64,000 nt of DNA, taken from Patescibacteria group bacterium. Lineage in GTDB: Bacteria; Patescibacteriota; Minisyncoccia; Phycocordibacterales; GCA-2747955. The stretch covers positions 75,495-139,494 of the forward strand of contig JBLYPV010000001.1 in the NCBI GenBank assembly GCA_048538215.1. Direction: 5' to 3'. The notes beneath the pieces were generated by a model that was not told the origin of the DNA, ran no database searches, and was given only the letters and a program-made list of their open reading frames with translations. This document shows, in pieces, positions 18,347 to 26,960 of the stretch; position 1 is the stretch's first letter; each line of letters begins with the position of its first letter. Made by a program: the position numbers and the translations under genes.

Positions 18347-19909
18347 ATGTCTAATCCAATTATTGAAAAGCTACAAAAAGAAATCAAAAATTTTTCAAAT
18401 AAAAGCACGGTAGAGTCTATTGGTACGGTCGTACAAGTAGCAGATGGAGTAGTGGAGATCGAAGGCCTCGAGGGGGTCAAAATGTCTGAGATGGTACGCT
18501 TTTCTTCAGATACAAGCAAGGCACTAGAAGAAGTGCTAGATAATACGAGCGAGGTATATGGCTTGATTCTTAATCTTGAAGAAGATGTGGTCAAGGCGGT
18601 AGTGATGGGAGATGCAAGCGGTATCAAGGAGGGTGATATGGTGGTCAAAACGGGCGAAATTCTTTCGGTACCAGTGTCAGAAGAAATACTCGGTAGAGTG
18701 GTAGACACACTCGCTCGCCCTATTGACGGAAAAGGAGCAATCAAAGAAGACAAGCAGATGCTTCTCGAGCGGGAGGCGTATTCGGTGATAGATCGAGCCC
18801 CAGTAAACACCCCTCTCCAAACGGGGATTAAAAGTATCGATGCACTTATTCCGATTGGGCGGGGACAGCGTGAGCTTATCATTGGAGATCGTGGCACAGG
18901 GAAGACCACCATTGCGATTGATACAATTATCAATCAAAAATATGAGCCAGAAGCAAAGCGTCCAATTTGTATATATGTCGCAATCGGACAAAAAGAATCA
19001 AAAACAGCCAAAATAGTTGAAGAGCTACGACAAGCGGGGGCCCTGGAATATTCAGTGATCGTATCAGCTCCAGCTTCTCGATCAGCTACTGAGCAATTCC
19101 TCGCTCCTTTTACTGGAGTAGCAATTGCCGAATACTTTATGGATCAGGGAAAGGATGTCCTAATCGCTTACGATGATCTTTCCAAGCAAGCTGCTGCTTA
19201 TCGACAAATGTCGCTTTTGCTCCGACGCCCACCAGGACGAGAAGCATACCCTGGTGATGTTTTTTATCTGCACTCCAGATTGCTCGAGCGGTCAGCCAAG
19301 GTGCATGAGGGATTAGGAGGAGGATCTATTACAGCTCTACCAATTATTGAGACGCAAGAGGGCGATGTATCCGGCTTTATTCCTACTAATGTGATCTCCA
19401 TTACCGATGGACAAATTTTCCTAGATACAAATTTGTTTAACAAAGGGATTCTACCAGCAATTGATGTAGGGCTCTCTGTGTCTCGTGTGGGCTCATCGGC
19501 TCAAACCAAAGCAATGAAGAAAGTGTCAGGGCGTATCAAGGTGGATTTGGCACAGTTTCGTGAGCTAGAGGCTTTTATGCAATTTTCTAGTGATCTTGAT
19601 GAGAACACCCGAGAAAAAATTGAATCTTCTGTACGGGTAGTAGAAATGCTTAAGCAAAAAAATAGCGCACCACTTCCTTTTGAAAAACAAGTCGTCACAC
19701 TTTACTTTGTATCAAATGGATTTGCTCGAGATTTTGAGGTAGATACACTCGCTGGAATTGAAAAAGAGCTTCATGAGCGAATTGAAGCAGAAAAGCCAGA
19801 AATACTTGGCACTATTCGTGAAAGTGGAAAATTGGAGGATGACACCAGGGATGCTCTGCATGATTTTCTAGAGCATTTTGTGGTCTCAAAAGGGGTAAAG
19901 CAATCATAG
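18347..19909 (+). CDS. atpA: F-type ATP synthase alpha subunit
   Basis: GDRGTGKTT Walker A and full alpha-subunit homology. Confidence 0.95.
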   Translation: MSNPIIEKLQKEIKNFSNKSTVESIGTVVQVADGVVEIEGLEGVKMSEMVRFSSDTSKALEEVLDNTSEVYGLILNLEEDVVKAVVMGDASGIKEGDMVVKTGEILSVPVSEEILGRVVDTLARPIDGKGAIKEDKQMLLEREAYSVIDRAPVNTPLQTGIKSIDALIPIGRGQRELIIGDRGTGKTTIAIDTIINQKYEPEAKRPICIYVAIGQKESKTAKIVEELRQAGALEYSVIVSAPASRSATEQFLAPFTGVAIAEYFMDQGKDVLIAYDDLSKQAAAYRQMSLLLRRPPGREAYPGDVFYLHSRLLERSAKVHEGLGGGSITALPIIETQEGDVSGFIPTNVISITDGQIFLDTNLFNKGILPAIDVGLSVSRVGSSAQTKAMKKVSGRIKVDLAQFRELEAFMQFSSDLDENTREKIESSVRVVEMLKQKNSAPLPFEKQVVTLYFVSNGFARDFEVDTLAGIEKELHERIEAEKPEILGTIRESGKLEDDTRDALHDFLEHFVVSKGVKQS

Positions 19910-19932
19910 ATTCCAAGTGATATAGATCAATT

Positions 19933-20865
19933 ATGGCACTCAAAGACATTAAAGAAAAAATACAATCGGTACAAAAGACAGCAAAAGTCACCAAAGCGAT
20001 GGAATCTGTTTCAGCGGTCAAGATGCGCCGAGCTCAAGAAGATGCTATTCGTTCTCGGCCTTATACGCACGCTGCGTTTTCTATTTTGCGCCACCTATCT
20101 TATGTATCAAAGATGAATGTTGATCAAATGTATGATTTTCATACCAAAGATTCAGGGCGGATATGTATTGTACTTATTACTTCATCCAAAGGACTTTCAG
20201 GAGCTTTAAATGCAAATATTTTTAAGAAATTAGAGAGTTTACTTGAGGTCAACAATTGGGATACACAAAATACTGATTTTATCTGCGTAGGGAAGAAAGG
20301 ACGAGAATATGTAGAGCGCAAGGGGTACAAGGTGATACATACAAGAGATCAATTTGATGATAATGATGCTGGGCCAGTATTACGGGAAATTTCTGATTTG
20401 TGCCTTGATCTATTTCATCATCACGACTATCAGCAGATTCATACGGTATACACTAATTTTATCAGCACGACAGAGCAAGAGGCAGTGAGTGGTAAAATAC
20501 TACCAATCAAGCATAAAGAGATAGAGGAATTTATTCGTGAGGCGATCCCACGATCAGGACGCTATAGCAATATGCATGATTTTGATTTTGATAAAGAAAC
20601 AGAGCAAACATCGGAATACCTCTATGAGCCTGATCCGGAGACTCTTATCAAGCATCTAGTGCCACATTTATTATATATTGGGCTCTACCATTCGTTGCTC
20701 GAATCTAAAGCATCCGAGCATTCTGCACGGATGATTGCAATGAAGAATGCAACAGACAAAGCAAATGAAGTAGCTAGTGATTTGAACCGTGAGTACAACA
20801 AGGCTCGACAAGCTGCTATTACTCAGGAAATTTCCGAGATTGTGACAGGAATGGAGACGATGTAG
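19933..20865 (+). CDS. atpG: F-type ATP synthase gamma subunit
   Basis: MALKDIKEKIQSVQKTAKVTKAMESVSAVKMRRAQE N-terminus, conserved C-terminal helix. Confidence 0.85.
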   Translation: MALKDIKEKIQSVQKTAKVTKAMESVSAVKMRRAQEDAIRSRPYTHAAFSILRHLSYVSKMNVDQMYDFHTKDSGRICIVLITSSKGLSGALNANIFKKLESLLEVNNWDTQNTDFICVGKKGREYVERKGYKVIHTRDQFDDNDAGPVLREISDLCLDLFHHHDYQQIHTVYTNFISTTEQEAVSGKILPIKHKEIEEFIREAIPRSGRYSNMHDFDFDKETEQTSEYLYEPDPETLIKHLVPHLLYIGLYHSLLESKASEHSARMIAMKNATDKANEVASDLNREYNKARQAAITQEISEIVTGMETM

Positions 20866-20993
20866 AGCACACAAATTATCCACAAGGGTATCCACAAGAG
20901 CAAATTGCAAAAAAAATAGAAAAAGGTACTATGTATTTATTGGACGACTTGTCGTTCAATATGTCCATCTCTTCGGAGGTGCGACAGCAAATT

Positions 20994-21016
20994 CGCCCTT
21001 CGGGGCGTTTTTGTTT
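20994..21016 (+). terminator. Rho-independent terminator after atpG (CGCCC-TTCG-GGGCG + TTTTT)
   Basis: GC stem with TTCG tetraloop and T-run. Confidence 0.75.
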
Positions 21017-21049
21017 TATAGGTAGAATATTGGGTGTATACTAGGTGGT

Positions 21050-21643
21050 ATGGATGCTTATTTTCAAAAAATCAAAAAGGAGATTATGAATGATCCTGCA
21101 AATAGGGATTACACTAAAAAGGGGATAGAGCCACTATTTACTGCTTCTCGCAAAGCAAAAATCATTATTATTGGGCAAGCCCCAGGCAAAAAGGCACAAG
21201 ATGCTGGTATTATATGGGATGATATGAGTGGTGATAATTTGCGAGAATACTTGGGAGTGAGTAGGGAAATTTTTTATGATGATGAGCAGATAGCACTTAT
21301 TCCTATGGATTTTTATTTTCCAGGCAAGGGAAGAAATGGTGATCTAGCTCCTAGAAAAGAGTTTGCAAAAAAATGGCATACACCTATTTTTAACGAGCTT
21401 AGGGATGATGCTTTGGTGATAGTGGTAGGGCAGTATGCTCAGAAAGAATATTTGCCAGATAATATACGATACGCCAACCTTACAGAAAATGTAGAGCATT
21501 ATAAAGAATTTTTAAAATTCAATATTTTTCCTCTACCCCATCCTTCTCCAAGAAATAATATTTGGCTAAGCAAGCACCCTTGGTTTAAAAAAGATGTCGT
21601 TCCTGTTCTTCAAAGAGAAGTAGCAAAAAGATTATCTATATAG
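21050..21643 (+). CDS. Uracil-DNA glycosylase superfamily protein (family 4/5-like)
   Basis: IIGQAPG motif A and HPSPRN motif B. Confidence 0.6.
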   Translation: MDAYFQKIKKEIMNDPANRDYTKKGIEPLFTASRKAKIIIIGQAPGKKAQDAGIIWDDMSGDNLREYLGVSREIFYDDEQIALIPMDFYFPGKGRNGDLAPRKEFAKKWHTPIFNELRDDALVIVVGQYAQKEYLPDNIRYANLTENVEHYKEFLKFNIFPLPHPSPRNNIWLSKHPWFKKDVVPVLQREVAKRLSI

Positions 21644-21646
21644 AAG

Positions 21647-21672
21647 CCACTTAGGGACCGGGTCCCTAAGTG
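21647..21672. repeat. Variant palindromic repeat CCACTTAGGGACC-G-GGTCCCTAAGTG directly after the UDG stop
   Basis: 12 bp perfect arms; shares CCACTT...AAGTG termini with the main palindrome family. Confidence 0.75.
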
Positions 21673-21733
21673 AATCGGATTACTTGCACCCCATAGTCAT
21701 TTTGATATACTATCGAGCACTCACTGAGCTAGA

Positions 21734-21794
21734 TATCTCGTAAAACTGCCTAATAATATAGAATCCACATCGCGGAGTGGAGAAATGGTATCTC
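21734..21794 (+). repeat. Direct repeat copy 1 (61 nt): tRNA leader plus 5' fragment (acceptor strand and D-arm) of tRNA-fMet
   Basis: Identical to 21833..21893; followed by an inverted fragment of the fMet anticodon arm (GGTTATGAGCC, 21818..21828). Confidence 0.85.
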
Positions 21795-21832
21795 CAGGTG
21801 AGAATCAGAGCGAATAAGGGTTATGAGCCGGG

Positions 21833-21893
21833 TATCTCGTAAAACTGCCTAATAATATAGAATCCACATCGCGGAGTGGAGAAATGGTATCTC
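21833..21893 (+). repeat. Direct repeat copy 2 (61 nt) running into the complete tRNA-fMet
   Basis: Exact 61 nt identity with copy 1, 99 nt period. Confidence 0.85.
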
Positions 21894-21940
21894 GGGAGGC
21901 TCATAACCTCCAGAAGTTGGTTCGATTCCAACCTCCGCAA
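21870..21940 (+). tRNA. tRNA-fMet, putative initiator (anticodon CAT, C1:A72 mismatch)
   Basis: Acceptor CGCGGAG/CTCCGCA with unpaired C1-A72, D-stem GAGA/TCTC, anticodon loop CTCATAA, T-loop TTCGATT; anticodon stem GGAGG/CCTCC has only two of the three canonical initiator G:C pairs. Confidence 0.7.
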
Positions 21941-21980
21941 CAAGTTAGACCGAGGGCGACTAACCCGAGAACTTGCTTCT

Positions 21981-21998
21981 CTAGAGCAAAAGCTCTAG
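21981..21998 (+). other. Hairpin CTAGAGC-AAAA-GCTCTAG between two tRNA genes
   Basis: 7 bp perfect stem; possible processing or structural element. Confidence 0.35.
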
Positions 21999-22010
21999 CC
22001 CAGATTATTT

Positions 22011-22087
22011 GTCAGGGTAGCTCAGATGGTTAGAGCGCAGCACTCATAACGCTGAGGTCGTGGGTTCAATCCCCACCCTTGACACCA
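22011..22087 (+). tRNA. tRNA with CAT anticodon (elongator Met or lysidine-modified Ile2), CCA encoded
   Basis: GTCAGGGTAGCTCAGATGGTTAGAGC..., anticodon loop CTCATAA, T-arm GTGGGTTCAATCCCCAC. Confidence 0.75.
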
Positions 22088-22168
22088 ATAAGTATTCAGA
22101 TCTTGCATTTATCAATAGTTTGGATATACTTTCAAAAAATTTTGTGCGTAATCACACTAAACTAAAAA

Positions 22169-22210
22169 AATAAGCCAAGCATATTATATATATGCGGTCG
22201 TAGCTCAACT
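22169..22210 (+). repeat. Direct repeat copy 1 (42 nt): leader plus 5' fragment of tRNA-Asp
   Basis: AATAAGCCAAGCATATTATATATATGCGGTCGTAGCTCAACT identical to 22267..22308. Confidence 0.85.
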
Positions 22211-22266
22211 CAAGGTAAGAATAAAGCGAGCACTTGGTGCGGATATCACCTAAAACTATCGAAAGG

Positions 22267-22308
22267 AATAAGCCAAGCATATTATATATATGCGGTCGTA
22301 GCTCAACT
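22267..22308 (+). repeat. Direct repeat copy 2 (42 nt) running into the complete tRNA-Asp
   Basis: Exact identity with copy 1, 98 nt period. Confidence 0.85.
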
Positions 22309-22368
22309 GGTTAGAGCACCCGCCTGTCACGCGGGAGGCTGAGGGTTCAAATCCCTTCGACCGCGCCA
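22292..22368 (+). tRNA. tRNA-Asp (anticodon GTC), CCA encoded
   Basis: GCGGTCGTAGCTCAACTGGTTAGAGC, anticodon loop CTGTCAC, T-loop GGTTCAAATCC. Confidence 0.85.
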
Positions 22369-22375
22369 AGTAAAG

Positions 22376-22395
22376 TCGCCTTTAGAGGCGATTTT
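22376..22395 (+). terminator. Rho-independent terminator (TCGCCT-TTAG-AGGCGA + TTTT)
   Basis: 6 bp stem, T-run; ends the plus-strand tRNA cluster. Confidence 0.65.
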
Positions 22396-22414
22396 GTCTT
22401 ACAGGAAAGAAAGC

Positions 22415-22447
22415 AAGCCACTTGGGAGCTCGGCTCCCAAGTGGCTT
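22415..22447. repeat. Palindromic repeat, longest intergenic copy AAGCCACTTGGGAGC-TCG-GCTCCCAAGTGGCTT (15 bp arms)
   Basis: Perfect inverted arms; lies between convergent tRNA clusters. Confidence 0.85.
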
Positions 22448-22467
22448 ATGTAGTACCAAATAATGAA

Positions 22468-22485
22468 AAGACCTTTTCAGGTCTT
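22468..22485 (-). terminator. Hairpin AAGACC-TGAAAA-GGTCTT plus T-rich tract on minus strand, terminator for tRNA-Thr(GGT)
   Basis: 6 bp stem immediately 3' of the minus-strand tRNA. Confidence 0.5.
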
Positions 22486-22487
22486 TG

Positions 22488-22563
22488 TGGAGCCACCGCG
22501 CAGGGTCGAACTGCGGACCTCATCCTTACCATGGATGCGCTCTACCTACTGAGCTACGGCGGC
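22488..22563 (-). tRNA. tRNA-Thr (anticodon GGT), CCA encoded
   Basis: Reverse complement GCCGCCGTAGCTCAGTAGGTAGAGC...ATGGTAA...GCAGTTCGACCCTGC...CGGTGGCTCCA. Confidence 0.8.
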
Positions 22564-22650
22564 TTAGACTCCGCGGGGAATAGTGTACTATATTGCCCCA
22601 GCTATTTCAAATAATCCTTCTTAGAAAAAATCTGCTACAATACTTTTATT

Positions 22651-23331
22651 ATGGGTACACTATTTGTGGTCGCTACACCAATTGGAAATCTAGAGGATAT
22701 TACTTATCGAGCGGTACGTATTTTGGGCGAGGTAGACACTATTTTATGTGAGGATACTCGGGTCACCAAGCGCTTACTTACTCATTATAATATTGATACA
22801 CCAGTTTTATCTTATCACGCGCACAGCGAGAGCTCGCGTAGTGATGATATTATAGAGCGTCTTGTCGGTGGTGAAAAAATGGCACTAGTATCTGATGCAG
22901 GCACGCCCACCATCTCTGATCCGGGTGTACAGCTCGTATCTCGAATCTATAGCGAATATCTTGATAAAATTCAGGTCATAGCAATTCCAGGACCTTCGGC
23001 GCTTACTACCGCTTTCTCAATTTCTGGCGTGGGTGGCAATCAATTTATTTTTATGGGCTATTTCCCGCACAAAAAAGGCAGGGAGACTTTATTTAACGAA
23101 ATAGCTTCAAGTGCCCGCCCTGTAATATTTTATGAATCACCTCACCGTATCGAAAAGACCCTCGCTTCTTTGGCAGAGCACTTAGAAGCTACACGACGAG
23201 TAATCATCGCTCGAGAGCTTACCAAAATTCACGAGCAGGTAGTACAAGGCACTGCTCAAGAAGTACAAGCATATTTTATTGAACATCCAGATAAGGTACG
23301 AGGGGAATTCGTAGTAGTTGTGGATAATTAA
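22651..23331 (+). CDS. rsmI: 16S rRNA (cytidine1402-2'-O)-methyltransferase
   Basis: GTLFVVATPIGNLEDIT... tetrapyrrole-methylase fold motifs of RsmI. Confidence 0.85.
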   Translation: MGTLFVVATPIGNLEDITYRAVRILGEVDTILCEDTRVTKRLLTHYNIDTPVLSYHAHSESSRSDDIIERLVGGEKMALVSDAGTPTISDPGVQLVSRIYSEYLDKIQVIAIPGPSALTTAFSISGVGGNQFIFMGYFPHKKGRETLFNEIASSARPVIFYESPHRIEKTLASLAEHLEATRRVIIARELTKIHEQVVQGTAQEVQAYFIEHPDKVRGEFVVVVDN

Positions 23332-23399
23332 TTTTTATATTTTTCCTACTCACACGCAATGTGCTGGTGTGCATATGCTCTCAAGCTATACTGCAGAGT

Positions 23400-25142
23400 A
23401 TGTGCGGTATCTATGCAATCACCAGTCAGAAATCAAATACAGCCGAGCGTGTTTTTAAGGGGCTACAGATTTTGGAGTATCGCGGCTATGATAGTTGGGG
23501 GATAGCAGCGCGCACAAATAGCCAAAAATTTGAGCGTATTCGCCACATCGGTAAAATATCTGATTCGGCTTGTGAAGTGCCGGAAAGCAGTGAGTCGCTC
23601 GGGCACACGCGTTGGGCTACTTGCGGTGAAGTATCTGAGGCGAATACTCATCCACACACATCAGGGAGCATCACTCTTGTACACAATGGCATAGTAGAAA
23701 ATTTTCAATCTCTCAAAGAAGAGCTCGAGAGTCTGGGCTATTTTTTTGTATCACATACCGATTCAGAAGTACTAGCAGGATTGATAGATTACAGCTTGAA
23801 AGACCAAAAAAATAAGCTCAAAGCTTTACAATCTGTAGTAGAAAAAATCGAAGGTCGATCATCGGTAGTGTTTGCTATCCAGGGAGAAAGAGGTATGTAT
23901 GCCTTCACTACAGGATTAGCTCTTGTTGTTGGCTTTGAGGAAGAAGAAAGTATGATTGCTTCTGATCCTATGGCGTTTACTGCTCGGGCGCAAGAAGTAG
24001 TGTATATGGAGCCTGGGCAGGCAGGATATTTTAATACATCTCAAAGAGAATTCTATAATTTAGATACAGGCGAAGTAGTATACCCATCGTCTGAGAAGTG
24101 GGCCCTTAGTGATACGCCAAGTAGTGAAAAAGCTTGTAATGAGCACTATATGCTGAGGGAGATAATGGAGCAGAAAAAGCTTGTGAGAAAAGTAATGGAG
24201 CAGAGCGAATGTATTGCACAATTAGGACAAGCTATAAAAAATGCCAAGCAAGTATATCTTACAGGCTGTGGCACAGCGCATAAGGTGGCAATGCTGGGCG
24301 CCTATTATCTACATCTTTGCGGTATTGATGCAAAGGCGGTAGTTGCAAGTGAGATAGATGAATATTTAGGGCTCATTAATAAAGATACGCTCTGTATTGC
24401 AATTTCTCAATCAGGCGAGACAGCAGATGTACTCTGTGGTATCGAAAGAGTGCAAGCTCAGGGGGCCGAGATAGCAGCTATTACCAATGTAGCCCACTCA
24501 TCACTTGCAAGAAAAGCAAGTACTGTGCTTCCAATATATGCCGGGGCAGAGCTTGCGGTAGCGTCTACTAAAGCTTGTATGAACCAAATAGCAGTACTTT
24601 ATCAAGTCGCTTGTAGTATATCCAAGAATATACCAAGTACCGATCAAGACGCCTTAGAAGAAAGCCTAGCTTATATACTAAGTGATACCTCGCAAGATGC
24701 CATCTCTTACTTTGCGCAGAGTATCTCGAGCATAAGAGAAATATTCCTTATAGGTAGTGGCGCATACTATCCACTCGCTCTTGAAGGGGCTATCAAGATA
24801 GCTGAAGTATCCTATATCAATGCCCAAGGATTTGCCACAGGCGAGCTCAAGCACGGCCCCCTAGCTTTGATAGAAAAGGGCAGGGTATGTATCGTCCTGG
24901 GGAGCGAGGCAAAAGATCTGCGTGCTGCAGCTCAGATGAGGGCACGAGGCGCTTATATCGTAGGTATTGCAGTAGATACTAGCCCAGAATTTGATATTCA
25001 TATTCCAAGCAGGGGAGAGGGATTTATTGCCCATATGAGCACCTTAGCAATTCTTCAATTGCTTTCTTACCATCTTTCGCTAGCACGAGGTATCAATCCA
25101 GATCGTCCACGTAATTTAGCAAAGAGTGTGACCGTCCAATAA
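23400..25142 (+). CDS. glmS: Glutamine--fructose-6-phosphate aminotransferase
   Basis: N-terminal MCGI (Cys1 nucleophile) after TATACT -10 placed 8 nt upstream; two SIS domains; start moved to 23400 from ORF-track 23361. Confidence 0.9.
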   Translation: MCGIYAITSQKSNTAERVFKGLQILEYRGYDSWGIAARTNSQKFERIRHIGKISDSACEVPESSESLGHTRWATCGEVSEANTHPHTSGSITLVHNGIVENFQSLKEELESLGYFFVSHTDSEVLAGLIDYSLKDQKNKLKALQSVVEKIEGRSSVVFAIQGERGMYAFTTGLALVVGFEEEESMIASDPMAFTARAQEVVYMEPGQAGYFNTSQREFYNLDTGEVVYPSSEKWALSDTPSSEKACNEHYMLREIMEQKKLVRKVMEQSECIAQLGQAIKNAKQVYLTGCGTAHKVAMLGAYYLHLCGIDAKAVVASEIDEYLGLINKDTLCIAISQSGETADVLCGIERVQAQGAEIAAITNVAHSSLARKASTVLPIYAGAELAVASTKACMNQIAVLYQVACSISKNIPSTDQDALEESLAYILSDTSQDAISYFAQSISSIREIFLIGSGAYYPLALEGAIKIAEVSYINAQGFATGELKHGPLALIEKGRVCIVLGSEAKDLRAAAQMRARGAYIVGIAVDTSPEFDIHIPSRGEGFIAHMSTLAILQLLSYHLSLARGINPDRPRNLAKSVTVQ

Positions 25143-25230
25143 ATAGTGTCAAAAAAGAAAGCATAAAGCGAGGCTAAAATAAAAAGGAGAACATACAATA
25201 TATACCCACCTTTGTATGTCTTGTAGCACG

Positions 25231-26916
25231 TTAATTACAATGCCGAATCACATCTTTGAGCTTGAATCGTGGGCGGACTTTTTTGCCAGGATTAAAGATG
25301 TCATTAGGGTCACATACCTGCTCGAGCTTACTAAAAATTTCTAGCACTTCTTTGCTAAACATAGTATCAAGATAGGGTGTACGTATAATGCCGTCATTGT
25401 GTTCACCACAGATACTACCACCTAGTGAAGTAGCAAGAGCAAAAAATTCTTGAGCCATTACCTGTATATTTTCTACTGTATTGGCTTGAGTAAAATCTAT
25501 AAGCGGATAAAAGTGTAAATGTCCATTGCCAGCGTGGCCATAAACAAGAGCCTCTACGTCATATTTATCAAATAGCTCTCTAATTCCATAGAGAAAATCA
25601 CCGAATCGTGCTGGAGGCACTGCCATATCTTCAAGAAATGGGGCAGGGCGCTTGTCGGGGTAGGCAAGCTTTGAGAGTGAATATGCAGCAGAGCGAATTT
25701 GCCAGAGCATAGCACCTTCTCCGGGATCAGTGATTTGATGTGCTCGAGTCTTATAATTACGAGATATCTCAGCGACTAATTTATGTGCAAAAGAAGCTTC
25801 ATCAGCTGGAAGAGTGACGAGCAGGATATATGCTGGTATGCGACGCATTAATTTAAAATTATAGTGCTTGCGAAGAGAGGTGTGAAACAATCGGTAATCT
25901 TCGCTACTCAGCTCCTGTTTGAAATAATCCATTCTTTTTTGAGCCCTTCGATAGGTAGCCCCATCAAATATTTCAATATCAATAGGATGATATTTTGAAA
26001 GATGGGTGAGTATTTCTCCCGCACGGCTCACATCATTAAGTGATATAGCTACAAGGCTCGTATCTTCTTCTTTGGGAATTGCTTGTACCCAAATACGGCT
26101 AATGATGCCCAAAGTGCCCTGCGAGCCAGAAAAAATCTGAGTGAGATCAAATACTCCTCTATTCTGCATAAATTCCTCTACCGTGGTGGATACCACATCC
26201 CACAATGCATAGCCAGCAGAGTTTTTGCGTACTTGCGGGCGAGCTTTGATTATAAGCTCTTCATGATGTAAGCAGAGCTCCCATATATGGCGATAGATTT
26301 CACCAAGCAAATCATCTCGTTTGAGCTCGACTTGAAATTCATCCCAAGAGAGCGGGCGAATATGATATTCTATTCCATCTGCAAGGATGACATTGAGGGC
26401 TCGTACATATTGAGCAGTTTGTCCATAACGGTAGCTATGAGCTCCAGCCGCATTATTGGCCACCATCCCACCAATAGTGCACATATCTTTTGAGGCTGGA
26501 TATGAAGGAATGTACACTCCTGCTTTATCCATCACTTCTTCCAAATCTCTATACAAGACTCCCGGATCACATTCATAAATAATGCCATCATCATTAAGCT
26601 CCTCATTAATGATAGCGTGTAAATTAGTATGAGTGTCAATGATTACACCATCATTGAGAGATCCTCCTGTAAGCCCAGTCCCAGCTCCTCGTGGAGTAAG
26701 GTGAAGCGGGAAGGCGTTTGTATTCAAGCTCTGTATACTGGTGACGGTGCGTATAATGTCCTGTGTGTGCAGAGGAAAGAGCACAAGCTCTGGCTCGAGA
26801 TAAAAAATACTTTCATCACTTGCATATTGCGTGCGCGTATCTCGAGAGCTGTCAATTTTGCCTTCAAATCCAGCTTTGATTAAGTAATCTTCTAGTTGTG
26901 TGTACACACTACTCAT
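25231..26916 (-). CDS. FAD-linked oxidase (GlcD/D-lactate dehydrogenase family)
   Basis: FAD_binding_4 motif PRGAGTGLTGGS and C-terminal FAD-oxidase domain. Confidence 0.75.
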   Translation of the reverse strand: MSSVYTQLEDYLIKAGFEGKIDSSRDTRTQYASDESIFYLEPELVLFPLHTQDIIRTVTSIQSLNTNAFPLHLTPRGAGTGLTGGSLNDGVIIDTHTNLHAIINEELNDDGIIYECDPGVLYRDLEEVMDKAGVYIPSYPASKDMCTIGGMVANNAAGAHSYRYGQTAQYVRALNVILADGIEYHIRPLSWDEFQVELKRDDLLGEIYRHIWELCLHHEELIIKARPQVRKNSAGYALWDVVSTTVEEFMQNRGVFDLTQIFSGSQGTLGIISRIWVQAIPKEEDTSLVAISLNDVSRAGEILTHLSKYHPIDIEIFDGATYRRAQKRMDYFKQELSSEDYRLFHTSLRKHYNFKLMRRIPAYILLVTLPADEASFAHKLVAEISRNYKTRAHQITDPGEGAMLWQIRSAAYSLSKLAYPDKRPAPFLEDMAVPPARFGDFLYGIRELFDKYDVEALVYGHAGNGHLHFYPLIDFTQANTVENIQVMAQEFFALATSLGGSICGEHNDGIIRTPYLDTMFSKEVLEIFSKLEQVCDPNDIFNPGKKVRPRFKLKDVIRHCN

Positions 26917-26960
26917 TGGATGTATTATATCAGTGATTTTTTGTTATAATACTCTCCATT

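Noticed and set aside
20866-20993. 130 nt between the atpG stop and its terminator as a remnant of atpD or a small ORF
   Set aside because: No similarity to atpD at the protein level in any frame. Only a 37-codon ORF without RBS. Considered 3' UTR.
21771-21794. Upstream partial copies of tRNA-fMet and tRNA-Asp (second at 22194..22210) as additional tRNA genes
   Set aside because: They contain only the acceptor 5' strand and D-arm. There is no anticodon or T-arm, so they cannot fold as tRNAs.
21734-22308. Possibility that the direct repeats near tRNAs form a CRISPR array
   Set aside because: Only two copies each. The repeats contain tRNA sequence. No regular repeat-spacer periodicity and no cas genes.
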